This document shows, in pieces, positions 44,388 through 57,848 of a stretch of 64,000 nt of DNA. The position numbers and the translations under genes were made by a program. The stretch is from Eledone cirrhosa (Eukaryota): positions 307,582,001-307,646,000 of the forward strand of contig OZ024740.1 of NCBI GenBank assembly GCA_964016885.1, given 5' to 3'. Position 1 is the stretch's first letter, and each line of letters begins with the position of its first letter. Under the pieces are notes generated by a model. It had not been told where the DNA came from and made no database searches. It worked only from the letters and a program-made list of their open reading frames with translations.

Positions 44388-44640
44388 CAGGGACGGTGGA
44401 AGCATTTCTGAATTGGAGCGGGGGGGGAGGGGGGGGGGGCAAATTTGGACAATTTAGTTGTAGTGATTAGTTTAGTTCTTTCCACTCTAAAATAATCTGA
44501 AAACTTCGATATGCGATAAACATAACATGTACATAAATTGTAGCGCATATCCAAATAGATGTGTGTTTTGGTAGTTTGGCGAGAAAAATATAATTATTCG
44601 GTAGGGCCATTCCTACCCCACTGTTCCACTATTCCAGCGT
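44388..44640. mobile_element. Possible hAT MITE, right end truncated
   Basis: CAGGGACGGTGGAA ... TTCCAGCGT partial TIR match; no TSD. Confidence 0.4.
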
Positions 44641-44683
44641 ATATGTATGTCTATATATATATGTATATATATATATATATATA

Positions 44684-44866
44684 TAATTGTCTCTACTTTT
44701 GGCACAAGGCCAGCAATTTTTCCAGTGTATTACTGGAACTTTATTTTATCGACCCCGTAAGGATGAAAGGCAAAGCTAACCTCGGCGGGATTCGAACTCA
44801 GACCATAAAGGGCCGTAACACTTTGCTGCAAAGCATGGCGTCCGAGCCTCTACTGATACTGCCAAT
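44684..44866 (-). mobile_element. tRNA-derived SINE
   Basis: Matches the main SINE family. Confidence 0.85.
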
Positions 44867-44912
44867 CATATAATAAAGTGTAGTTTGCTTGATATTGTAT
44901 ATAATATATAAC

Positions 44913-45094
<182 letters not shown>

Positions 45095-45138
45095 AGAGTA
45101 AAACAAAGAAGCCTTTATTACATCAAAAGTTTTTATTA

Positions 45139-45176
45139 GCCGACAATGTTTCGTCCTATTAAGGACTCATCAGGGC
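45139..45176 (-). ncRNA. Canonical minimal hammerhead ribozyme in a (TA)n-flanked insert (45091-45450)
   Basis: gcc CTGATGA gtcct taat aggac GAAA catt GTC ggc, then AATAAA. Confidence 0.85.
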
Positions 45177-45453
45177 AATTAAAACAACAAGAAGTAATAT
45201 CGGCAGATACAAGCCGGAAGCTCCGAAGAATATGGAGTGTACATACACTAAAGTCTTGCAAAAATATATAATAAAAATAATAAAAATATATAATAAGAAT
45301 AACTAAGGATGTATATAACATTAAGAACCATATTACAAATATAGTCCAAAGCAAATAACTTAGAGCTAAACGAAGGTGGTTATATAGAGCAGGAATTATA
45401 TATAACACAATGTAATATAATATAATACATTATAATAATATACCTTTACCATA

Positions 45454-45484
<31 letters not shown>

Positions 45485-45549
45485 ATTATATATATATATA
45501 TATATATTATATATATTTATATATATATTATATATATTTATATATATAT

Positions 45550-45819
<270 letters not shown>

Positions 45820-46009
45820 TTTATGTTTGGTAAACGGTGATGCCACAAATTAGTTAAAACACTCAACGTTATGCAAATCATCCATCGTGGATGTGGTATC
45901 CAGTAGTTGGTGTAGGAACGGAGTTAAGTACACCTGATGAAATCGTCTAGTCTTATACCTTAATCTGATGGTAGATCTCGGCCTTCGAAATAATTCGCGG
46001 AATTAAAAT

Positions 46010-46145
<136 letters not shown>

Positions 46146-46399
46146 GTTAAAAGAATAGAGGTGTAACACACAAGTTATTATATATTGGTAAACGGAATAG
46201 AAAATGCTGACAAATTGTTCACAGTTGAAAAATGGTTTAATTAGGAATAAAAGAGTATTAGTGATTGTATGGATTCAGTTGTGGTTTTAAGTTTTTAAGT
46301 TTTTACCGGTTGCGCATTTCTAAATGCTTTTCAAAAATAATTTTGAGATAGAGTGTCCGTGCTGTTTGCTCTGATCTGATTAGTTTTGGGAATTCTACC

Positions 46400-46628
46400 T
46401 GTTTTTATGTTAAAAAAGTGGCTCCAGCGTTACTTTGGTGTTGCAAAATTTCTTGTGGTCAAAACAATTTTGATTGGTCGGTAGAGGTCATGTGAGTGTA
46501 AAAAATTGATTTTGCGCCAAGACTGTTTTTATGTTAAAAAAGTGGCTCCAGCAACAATTCTTGTGGTCAAAACAATTTTGATTGGTCGGTAGAGGTCATG
46601 TGAATAAAAAATTGGTTTTGCGCCAAGA
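46400..46628. repeat. Two-copy tandem repeat (~105-125 bp)
   Basis: tgtttttatgttaaaaaagtggctccagc..gattggtcggtagaggtcatgtga..ttttgcgccaaga occurs twice. Confidence 0.8.
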
Positions 46629-46656
46629 TTGAGAAATGACTTTCACAACAAATATG

Positions 46657-46772
<116 letters not shown>

Positions 46773-46832
46773 AGGTGTTCGATGTTGTGATAATGGTTAG
46801 CAGCGATGTGTGTCAAATGGCTATTGAGATAA

Positions 46833-46865
<33 letters not shown>

Positions 46866-47287
46866 GCAGAGTAATTCGTGGTGGCAGGGATGGTCAGTAA
46901 GAATGTGTCTGAAAGCAATGGGGGGTATTTTAGCATGTCAAAAGATATTTTTCAGCTTTTGTCTTATACGGAGAAGTGCGTGTGTGTGTGTGTGTGTATA
47001 TAAGTCTCTTTGTATGTTGATGTACGCGTGTGTATGTGTGTGTATATATATATATGTGTGTGTGTGTGTATGTGTGTGTGGGTGGACCAGTATTTTTTCC
47101 CCCCTGGTAGAATGGTGTACATTATTCGATTTTTTCAGTAAAATCGGTTCTCTTAATAGAACATTAAAAATCTTAACAATAAAAGGTGTGAAATGATATT
47201 CACATTATATATATACACACATACATATATTCACTATATACATATATATATATATATACATATATACATATATATACACATATATAT

Positions 47288-48251
47288 GCACATATATTTT
47301 TTTGTGTTGCACCATAGAGCATGTGTGTTTACGTATGTCATTGTGTTTATATGTGGGTAGAGATGTGTGCTGATGTAGGTATGTATGTTGACGTGTGTAT
47401 GTTGTGGGTTCGTCTTAGGGAGAAGTGTTTAGACGGGGTCCGTATTTGTGCCCTAAAACTCAGTACCCAGGACCTTAGACACCTTAAAGTAAATCAACCA
47501 AAACTAAAAGCTCTTCCATACATCTCCACACACAACCCCCTCAACAATGAGGCCTTTGACACCATCCTCCAGAACATCCCTGTATTGAAAAAGGACCATA
47601 GAATGAACCAAATTCTACGAACACACGATATCATAAAGAGCAAAAGACAATCCAAGTCAATGAAAAACATCTTAACACATGCCAAAGTACTGCCAACCAC
47701 AACAACGAAACCCACAGTAAAAAAATGCGATAGACCCAACTGTGGCATTTGCATCAACCTAATAAAGGGTTCGGAATTCTATTTCAAAGATGGACAACGT
47801 TTTATAGTAAAACACAATTTCACATGTGCATCGGAAAATCTAATATATGTATTAACTTGTTCAGGTTGTCGAGAACAATACATAGGCCATACCAAAAACA
47901 GCCTCCGCCAACGCATGACTGTCCATAGATCCCAAATTAAAATACGGGAATACAGGAAAATACCACTGAGTGAACACATTGATACCTGTGCCGCCCAAAA
48001 TCATCCCAACTTCAGAATCTTTCCCCTCTACAAATTCAAAGATAATGCCACCCACAGCCAGCGCATCAGCAAGGAATCTTACTTCATTAACAAATACGGA
48101 CCCCGTCTAAACACTTCTCCCTAAGACGAACCCACAACATACACACGTCAACATACATACCTACATCAGCACACATCTCTACCCACATATAAACACAATG
48201 ACATACGTAAACACACATGCTCTATGGTGCAACACAAAAAAATATATGTGC
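47288..48251 (+). mobile_element. 5'-truncated Penelope-like element with 162-bp inverted terminal arms
   Basis: 47288-47449 is the reverse complement of 48090-48251. Confidence 0.9.
47450..48124 (+). pseudogene. PLE linker plus GIY-YIG endonuclease, uninterrupted frame (Neptune-like Cys linker)
   Basis: [64 protein letters not shown]. Confidence 0.9.
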
Positions 48252-48266
48252 TTATATATATATATG

Positions 48267-48411
<145 letters not shown>

Positions 48412-48480
48412 ATATATATATGTGTGTGTGTGTGTGTGTTTGTATGCATACATATATATATATATACATATATATATATG

Positions 48481-48866
48481 TATTAATAAGAGGAATTCCA
48501 ACTTTGTCTGATTTACTCGTTTTATTTACAATCCTTTAAAATTTATAATGGCATTATAATGAAATAGTATGATAGAATATTAAATGTTAAGTGTTAATTG
48601 AACAAGTACTTTCATGCTTTCGCAATCTTCAGGTTCATAATGTGTGGTGACAGTCAAGTTTGCAATTTTCAACCGTGTTGAAAATTGCAAACTTGACTGT
48701 CACCACACATGAACCTGAAGATTGCGAAAGCATGAAAGTACTTGTTCAATTAACACTTAACATTTAATATTCTATCACACTATTTCATTATAATGCCATT
48801 ATAAATTTTAAAGGATTGTAAATAAAACGAGTAAATCAGACAAAGTTGGAATTCCTCTTATTAATA
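48481..48866. mobile_element. 386-bp near-perfect palindrome with an HHR in each arm
   Basis: 3-nt loop at 48674-48676; tgaac CTGAAGA t tgc gaaa gca t GAAA gtac TT gttca at 48710-48748 (+) and 48599-48637 (-). Confidence 0.85.
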
Positions 48867-48941
48867 TAATCTTCTATACACAATCATACACACCCGTGTA
48901 TATTTATCTATCTCTCTATATATATATATGTATATATATAT

Positions 48942-49113
48942 AACGAAATGAATTGTGGTAAGGAACCAGATGGACCATAACGCACCAAAGTACTCAATAC
49001 TTGGGGTAGTAGAGTGGGTAATAGGAACAAGTATGACCCCGACGGCAGAGCTCAAGCCGTTTCGACAGCTATTTCTGGACTAAAATAACCGTCGAAACGG
49101 CTTGAGCTCTGCC
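48942..49113 (-). mobile_element. Family A element with short fold-back
   Basis: 49084-49113 is inverted against 49044-49074. Confidence 0.8.
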
Positions 49114-49116
49114 ATG

Positions 49117-49150
<34 letters not shown>

Positions 49151-49419
49151 CGTGTATACATCCATCTATATACATATATATATATGTGTGTGTGTGTGTG
49201 TGTATGTGGGTGTCTGTGATACACGGGTCATAGACACACACACTTATACACACACACTCATACAAACACACACACATATATAAATATATATATATATACA
49301 CAACAACATCACCAGCTCTCTTCCATTCGCCTTCTCTGTCTCCTCTCTCTATGTCTCTCTTTCAATCTATTCTGTCACAACCACTATATTTACCTCTCTA
49401 TCTTTCTCACTCTTTGTTT

Positions 49420-49613
49420 ATGAAGGTACGGAAAAACCCCATATCTCGGGAACCCGTGCTCCGATTTACGCGAAACTTGTTTTATTACATTTGTATTTCC
49501 TTTTCAGGGGCAACTTCCTTTCAAAGTAGTTTCCCATTGTGCGCCCTTTTGGCTGTATTATATTACAGACAAGCAAGCAAGCAAACACAGACTTTTACTA
49601 ATATATAGATAGA
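49420..49613 (-). mobile_element. Helitron-like 5' fragment
   Basis: Minus strand starts a|TCtatctatatattagtaaaagtctgtgtttgcttgcttg. Confidence 0.45.
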
Positions 49614-50601
49614 TTGCTGTAGCTACTGGTGTTTAGTTTTGTTGTTTCTTTCACTGTTTGTTTACTGTAACTATAATTGTCATTGTTGGTTTTGCTGCTG
49701 TTGCTGTTATTTGTGAAGTATAATCAAAGATGAATTTTTTTTGTTTGGTATTTATGAACATACATAATTTAACAGCCAACGTGTGTATATAAAGATTATA
49801 AATATCAGCAAATCTATATATCAAGTTTCTTTGCTTCTATCATTTCCATTAATGACACTCTTCCATTACTGTGCAACGTTGCACGAGATGCATTAATATA
49901 TTTCACCATTCTGAGTTTAAATCCCGCCGAGGTTAACTTTGCCTCTAATCTTTCCGGAGTTGATAAAATAAAATAAGACATACGTGAAATTCATGGCCAT
50001 GTCTCTATATCAGAAAACTTGGCAAAGAACAGTGGATTGACAGAAATCGTTAGCGCTCAGATAAAATACTTTGCCGTATTTCTTCTAGCTCTTACCATAC
50101 TGCGTTGAAATCCCGCGGAAGTCAACGTTACTTTTCTTCCTTGTGGTGTTGTTAAAATAAAGTACCAGTGAAATACTGAGATCGACATAAACGAATTTTC
50201 TTTCTACGAAATTTCTGGTCTTATTTTTCAAATATTCTTATCGGATGTCGGCATGAAAGCGCGTGTTTCACTTCATTCCTAGCTATTGACTAGCTTTGAT
50301 TTGATTTTAATAAGGATTTTCTAGCTTTTGGATGACATTTTTACTCGTGTGTGATACACAAATCCTTTTATAAGTGTTTTTATCTGAGTTTTGTAAAAAT
50401 AAAGATAAATAAATAAATAAACGGTTGGAATATTTTAAACGTTGTTTTGGTTCGACTAAATTTATAATGGCGTCATCCTGACGTTTTTTTCATTAAAGAC
50501 CCCGCTGAAGAACTGCTTACGGCTAATTTTGGTGATCCCTAATAAAGATAAAATATGTGGTGGGCAAGCAGAAAGGTGGGAGCTCTTAACTTGCATGTTC
50601 T

Positions 50602-50680
<79 letters not shown>

Positions 50681-51554
50681 CGGCGGAAGGGGTTGGGTAA
50701 CCTTAAATGTTTTACGTGTTTTAGAATATTATATCTTGCTGCAATTATTGTATTTTATCTTATTTTTAGGCGCATTTCATGTTTTTGTCCAATTTGAATA
50801 CATCTACTGTATAAAATAGTTGCCCTTACCCTTGTTTTTATATAACTTTGTTTCGTCTAACCTCACATGTATTGTAACACCTTTGTTTATAACGTTTATC
50901 GTATTCTATTGCGAATGACAAATGAAAGAAATGTTACTATTATTATTTCATTTATTATCCACAAAGGGTCCCACTTAAACTTTTATTGTTTCGTCTGGGG
51001 TTGAGGGTATATTGTGTAGTGTAATTAGTTGTGTTTCTATAGTCTTCATTTTCAGTTTGGTTATACTCGCAGTTCCTCTCCTTGTGTTTTTGTTTTATTA
51101 TACTGTACTGTATTTTTTATTTTTTTTATTTTTTAAGAGTTATGTAGAAGTTTCCATTTGGTTTCGATTCTCCTTTATTGTACGTATGGTTACCTCTGCT
51201 ATGTTGCTTTCTTCCTTTAGTGGGATCTTATGAGTTTTGGAAGAAGTGGCTCTGTTGTACTATTTTCATTTGTTTGAAGTAGAGTGTGGTTAGATGTTTT
51301 GTTTTGTTTTCAATGTGTTTTGTGTTTATAGGTGAGACGACATGTCTATTTAGTGTTAACATTTCGAGAGGACACACTCTCTGAATACCATGTTCAGTGG
51401 ATCGTTTAGTACAGAGGTTCTCAAAATTGTTGGGCCACGTAATACCATCAGCGCCCTAACCATATTTCCAGAGAGACCTTCCTACACGCAAATCGCAAAT
51501 AATATATAATAAATAAAATCGTTAATTTATATATAATAAATAATATAATATATT

Positions 51555-52024
51555 TGAGTTTTTCGAATATTAATAATAATATTCGATTCGTTTGCAATTA
51601 TGCACACAGCCTCTTTAAGCCATGTCAGTAGAATGATTCCGTCATTTTGCTCTTGTGGTAGCATGTAAACAGAACTGCAGACACTAATGTTTCTGGGTGA
51701 TTACTCTTCCTCAGTACAGTATACTGCTTACCTGTTAATATGCAGATCTGACTGATCAGACAGTCTGCTAATATGCAAATCAGGCCGATCAGTCACTGTA
51801 TATTTTAGACAATATCATATATTTTCACTAGCTCTGAAAGTTGGCAGGTAAGCAGTATACTGTACTGATGAAGGGTAATCACCCAGAAACATTAGTGTCT
51901 GCAGTTCTGTTTACATGCCAACACAAGAGCAAGAATGCCAGGGTCATTCTACTGACATGGCTCAAAGAATGTTTGCATAATTGCAAACGAATCGAATATT
52001 ATTATTAATATTCGAAAACCTCAG
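51555..52024. mobile_element. Older fold-back element with an HHR in each arm
   Basis: Arms ~51555-51734 / 51845-52024; actgta CTGATGA a gggt aatc accc a GAAA cattagt GTC tgcagt at 51859-51905; CTGAGGA copy at 51674-51720 (-). Confidence 0.85.
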
Positions 52025-52168
52025 ATTATATTTATTGTATTCAGCCATGTAGAGCGATAAACTATTTGTTAGTTAATATAATATATACTATGTATAAATA
52101 AATATCAGATATTTTATTATTTTACTATATTTATATATAATATGTATCATTTGATATTTAATATACTA

Positions 52169-52455
52169 CTAGCAGAATGGCCCGGCGTTGCTCGGGATTT
52201 GCTCTAGGGTTCTTATATATTTGATATATATGTATCCTTATCGAGCCTCGTGAAATAAATACGTTTGTTTATAATTTGTTATTGTGTATGCAAAAATATC
52301 TGTACACGAATATATAATTATTTATATATATACATATATTAAAATAACAGATTAAAGTTTAAGCAAATAATCGCTGCTTTCACCCTTAACGAGATTTTCT
52401 GAAACTAAAAAAATCAATAAAAAAAGTAAATATTTCGAAAAACGTTACACACACA

Positions 52456-52496
<41 letters not shown>

Positions 52497-52870
52497 CACA
52501 CACTACACACACACACACACACACACACACACTATATATATATATATATACATACACACACTACACACACTACACACATACACACACACAGCGTCATAAT
52601 GTCGTAATGCAGACAGCCAGACATATATTATAAGGGCGCAACGTTATATCTATGTATCTATCTAAAAAGAAAGACTAAGAATTATAGAGAGAGATCGCTA
52701 AATCACCAAATGCGGTCCCTGGGGCATTGAAAATTAAAAAAGGTTTTTTTCTTAAAACACTCACAGGACCATAAGTATTACATTGAAAACAATCGGTTGG
52801 GTGCTTCTCGAGTTTTAGGGAGCTGACAGGCAGACATACATTCTCTGTTTTAAATATATAGATATATAGA
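52169..52870 (-). mobile_element. Non-autonomous Helitron
   Basis: Minus strand A|TCtatatatc.. start; 3' hairpin cccgagcaacgccggg then CTAG|T; no TSD. Confidence 0.8.
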
Positions 52871-53454
52871 TTATATCATCTTTATCGCCACATTAGGCCC
52901 CAGCGCCTCCTCGACATTCTGAAGTCCCCACCCCTCCCTTCAGTAGTACCCACTTTGAGAACCTCTGGCTTAGTAGATTGCATTAAGCTCACATTTCAGA
53001 ATTCACAAATATGCTATTTACCACCAGGTATAGTTAAATTTTTTTTCTTTTTGTTTAATTCAAAATAAAGAGGAGTATATTTCAAACATTATTTCGAGAT
53101 TGTGATTCTGTTTTGTTTTATTCATATTTGAAAATTCATTTTGTTTCGTTCTGTTTGTCTATTGTGATTTTCTGTATGTGTATGCTGTATAAACATTAAA
53201 TTGTGTGTAATAAGGTTTGTACCTACTGTATTTCTCTGTTTGTATTTAGCAGCTTACTCTGCTCTTATGTTTTCCCAGCATAATATTTTGAAGACACATC
53301 GAACGTAAAATAATCGTTCAATTTTATATCAGACTCCGTTTAACATCTCATTCTTCGTTTGCTTCTTAAATTAAATTTTCATTTTGGTGAAGTGATTATA
53401 CAAGCCGGACCGGAACTTATTCGACCGGACCGAAACTACTTCTTCACTATAACA

Positions 53455-53875
53455 GTGTAGTGGACGCGGCCGAGAGGGCTGAAGACAGACACTTTCCTCT
53501 CTGGCCAAGCCCTCACCAACTTTTTCAAGTTCCACTTGGAAAAGAAGTTGAGGGTGGGGAGATAAGTGCTTCCTCCCCTGTACATTTGTGAAAAGGGGGT
53601 AATTGACCATGCGCATATAGGCTGGAAGGATTAAAGGAGAGAGGGGAATCTTCCTAGGGTGCCCTTGGAGATGAAGGTGGGTTAAGATTTGTGGGATTCC
53701 TAACGTAGCCCCTGGGTGGTATCCCCCAATTGGGGAAATCTGTTTTTTTATTGTATTATAAATTGTTTTTGTTGCATCTTTTTTCACACGGATGTATGTA
53801 AACCCCTTCTGACCCATTTTTGCATTGTCCTTGTTCCTCCCTTGTGGCCAATAATAAAGAAATTATCATTATTAA
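53455..53875 (+). pseudogene. Tx1/L1-clade ORF2 C-terminus and 3' UTR ending in (ATT)n
   Basis: WTRPRGLKTDTFLSGQALTNFFKFHLEKKLRV..FVKR; AATAAA then (ATT)n. Confidence 0.65.
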
Positions 53876-53901
53876 TTATTATTATTATTATTATTATTAT
53901 T

Positions 53902-54203
53902 GGTGGATTGGCAGTATCAGTAGAGCGTAGGGCACCATGTTTCGTGGCATAGAGTTACGGCCCTTTACCTTCAGCGTTCCAATCCCGCCAAGGTTAGCTT
54001 TGCCTTTCACCCTTACGAGGTCGATAAAATAAAGCACCAGTAACGCACTGGGTCGATTTAATCGACTTTCCCCTCCTCCAAAAATTGTTGGCTTATACCT
54101 AAATCAGAAATCCCTTTTAGTTAGATTTGCAGTATCGGCAGAGCGTCGGGCAACTTGCTGTGCGGCATATAGTTACGGTCTTTTACGTTCTGAGTTCAAA
54201 TCT
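53902..54203 (+). mobile_element. Full SINE followed by a second SINE head
   Basis: Both match the main SINE family (53902-54110; 54118-54203). Confidence 0.75.
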
Positions 54204-55331
54204 TGTTTATTACTTTTGTTTGTTATCGACCTGTTTGAGTTGTGCTCCGTAATTGTGTTGTTTTTCACCTAGTTTTAAAACATTTTGCCGAAACTTTTGT
54301 ATCGTTTTGAAGCTAAACTGACAGCGATCCTAAAGTGTTGAATGGTTTTTGTCTATCGACAGCCCTTAGACGTTAAATATGCGTCTAATTTAAAAATACA
54401 AACCTCAAATTTTGCTTAAAAACATGGTAGAAAAACAATTTTCATCTGCATAAAAGAACAGCCAGCTGTAATTGAGTGTGAGTTGGTCTGTGTATATATA
54501 TGTAAATGAATATAGCTGTGTGTGTAAGTGTTGTAGATGTGTTTGGTTCCCCACCGACATTTGAATTATGTTCGACAATGGGACATTAACAGATAGGATG
54601 TTGACACAAACACCAGCAAAAACAACAACTAGAACGATGACACCAACAACAAACAGTTGAGCCAGACTAATTGTGGGCTAAAGACCTACCTACTTAGAGC
54701 TTGTCTGGTTTTCCAAAGCAGCTAGGACACTGACATCAATAACAGTGATAACAATATTGACAATACGAAATTGGTAATGAAAGACAACATGAAGTGAAAC
54801 AAAAGTACAGTACTACAACAATAACATCAACGACAAGCAACAATAACAACATCACTACTACAACAATACCAATATCCACCACTGCAACGCTAACATTAAC
54901 GACGGGGAAGTCTCTACGCATTTGCAAGAAATTGCTGCCAAACTGCCCCACAAATCCTTTCTTAACATCTTCAAACATGATGCCCACAGTTCGAATATCT
55001 ATGATAAAAAGACTGTCTAATCAAGACTGATTGTAGAGCTTCTAAACAATAACGACATCAGCCAGCCAGCCAACGATGGAGCCTGTTACATGGTCACATT
55101 ACTTGCTAGAAATAAATCAAATCTCTCTCAAACCACACCTTTAAATAAGAGTTTTAAGTAAGTAAAGAGAGAATGTAGTCCTACAGAATGGTTATGGCTT
55201 GAATGTCTTTGCTCATAGGACCGACCTGGGGCTAAACAACATCAACAACGACGACTATGCCAATGACTACTCTGAGCTCTTACCGTTTCAACAGCTAGTT
55301 CTGGACTCAAGAGCCATCAGGTCCCGACCCC

Positions 55332-55373
<42 letters not shown>

Positions 55374-56241
55374 CAGGCCTTGTGCCTAAATTAAAGATTT
55401 ACTGGCCTTGTGCCTAAATTAAAAATCTATATTACAACTTGAAGGAGGACAATTAAATTATGAAATATTTTTTTAACATATAGGAACACTTTGTCGTTGT
55501 TATTGTTGGAATGTTTTGCGGGAAAGTGTGTTGGGGTGGGTGTTGAATTAAAGAAATTGATTTTTGTTTTTTACAAATTCAAGTCCTACCTGATATAAGA
55601 GATAAAGCATAACATTGGTGTTTGTTTATATAAAAAAAACAAGCGGCGAATTTGTTTCTGAGTTCAGAGTTCAACTTTGAAATTCATCCTTGATAAATAA
55701 AGTGCCTGCCTAGTCATGGATAATTCTCTCCTTCCCTCCCTTCTCCTCCCTCTCTCTCTCCTCTCTCTCTCACCTCTCCCACCCCTCTCTCTCTCTCTCT
55801 CTCTCTCTCTTCCTCTTTCTCCCTTCTTCTCTTTCTCTCTCAGAATCGGCTACGTTGTGCTAGGAGGCCACTTACAACTTCGCTTTCTCCAGAAATGGAG
55901 AAGACATGAATGAGGAGCTAGCAACCTTTTCACGTAGAATACTGATATGTTTCTGAAACTGGCCAAGGACGACCACATACGCTGCGGAAAGGAAATAAAG
56001 AAGGAAGGAAAAGTCAAGAAACATTTTCTGTATAGATGTAAACTGCCGTTCGGGAGATTGATTGATGGGAATAAATGGAAACTGAAGATAGAAAAAATTC
56101 TAAAACTTTCTAATGCCTATAATGTTTTGCTGAGATCTTGAGGGTATACCTACCACAATCGCTACCCAAAATCATGATTATAATGTTTTAAACATGTATA
56201 TACAACTATCTATCTATCGTTACCTTTCCTACGGAAACACT

Positions 56242-56312
<71 letters not shown>

Positions 56313-56316
<4 letters not shown>

Positions 56317-56520
56317 AAAAGAGTCAGGAGCCCGACGGCTGAGCCCCGGCCGCTTCGACAGCTAGATCCGAACAATTCGGATCTAGCTGTCGAAACAACC
56401 GGAGCTCAGCCGTCGGGCTCCTGACTCTTTTCCTATTACCCATTCTACAACTCTTCTACCCTAAGTATCGAGTACTCTGGTATGTTATGGTCCACCTGGT
56501 TCCTTACCACACTTCCTTCG

Positions 56521-56521
<1 letters not shown>
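56313..56521 (+). mobile_element. Divergent family A element with fold-back head
   Basis: Palindrome centred on gatccgaa-caa-ttcggatc; (TA)n on both sides. Confidence 0.8.
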
Positions 56522-56567
<46 letters not shown>

Positions 56568-56658
56568 CGTATGTTACACGCAGTAAAGGTTTTGCTAATC
56601 GCAGATTTGAAATGACACTAGGCGAAAGTTGTATAGCAAGTAACTGACACTCATCGAT

Positions 56659-57050
56659 CTTCTTCTTCTTCTTCTTCTTCTTCTTCTTCTTCTTCTTCTT
56701 CTTCTTCTTCTTCTTCGCCTACTTATTCCTAAGAGGGTCATAGTGGCAGAGCTCTCAAACACTCCTTCCGGAGGGTCCTGTCAGAAGCAACCGTTTCCAA
56801 CTGGCTGGATGCCCAAGCAAAACCAGCTGAGATCATGGATGTTGTCCATCCATCTTGCTCGCGGTTTATCCCTGGGTCTCCTTCTTCTTCTTTCGCCCGT
56901 AAAATCCGTCCAGCGATTCTTTCCTGAGACATTCTAACCACATGTCCATAGTATCGGATCTGTGATCTCTCAATTCGGAGAAGTAACAGCTCTACCTGGA
57001 GTGACTCTCTGATCACCGATCTACACATTCTATCGAATGACGTTACGCCT
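56659..57050 (-). pseudogene. RTE LINE 3' fragment with (GAA)n tail
   Basis: IRESLQVELLLLRIERSQIRYYGHVVRMSQERI. Confidence 0.8.
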
Positions 57051-57338
57051 AAGTAAGTACTGGAGAAAATGTGTCAACTCATCTAATTGGCTGGAGATGA
57101 CTATGCTCTGCAGATGAGCTTTATTTAGACCGAAACATATTCATAACTGTTGACATGACTACAATTTTCTCCAAAACATGAATATTTATAACTTTTAGTT
57201 TAACTAATTTTAACTGCTTGAAATCATGACTCTTTCCTTGAGAAACTAAATTTTACTGTTACTTTTTTTTTTTTTTCTCTCCATTTAAGAAGAATATGGA
57301 ATTCATTGAACATTTTGTTGCGTGTGCTATCTAGTAGA

Positions 57339-57396
<58 letters not shown>

Positions 57397-57433
57397 ATAT
57401 TATAACATTAACGAAGATCGCTGGTATTCAGTC

Positions 57434-57466
<33 letters not shown>

Positions 57467-57617
57467 TGATGGCTGGCCCCTCGTTATCGAGTATGTCCAT
57501 TGCACGATACTCCATTATTAATAATTATCAATTAATACTATCGTACAATGCCTGTGCGTGAAGAGTTTTTTTAAAGTGAGGAAAGACTATATATATATAT
57601 ATAAATATATATATATA

Positions 57618-57774
57618 GGAGACTAAGTGACACTTTAGTCCAGAAATAGCCGTCGAAACGGCTTGAGCTCTGCCGTCGGGGTCTTACTTTTCTCCTATTA
57701 CCCACTCTACTACCCTAAGTATTGAGTACTCTGGTGCGTTATGGTCCATCTGGTTCCTTACCACAATTCTTTCG

Positions 57775-57776
<2 letters not shown>
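57618..57776 (+). mobile_element. Family A element
   Basis: Starts at the same ggactaagtgacactttagtcc hairpin as the 43948 copy. Confidence 0.8.

Positions 57777-57842
<66 letters not shown>

Positions 57843-57848
<6 letters not shown>

Larger units (their letters stand above)
51412..52967. mobile_element. hAT (Charlie-like) MITE expanded by nested insertions
   Basis: TIRs CAGAGGTTCTCAAA / TTTGAGAACCTCTG; TSD gtttagta / gcttagta (7 of 8). Confidence 0.8.
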
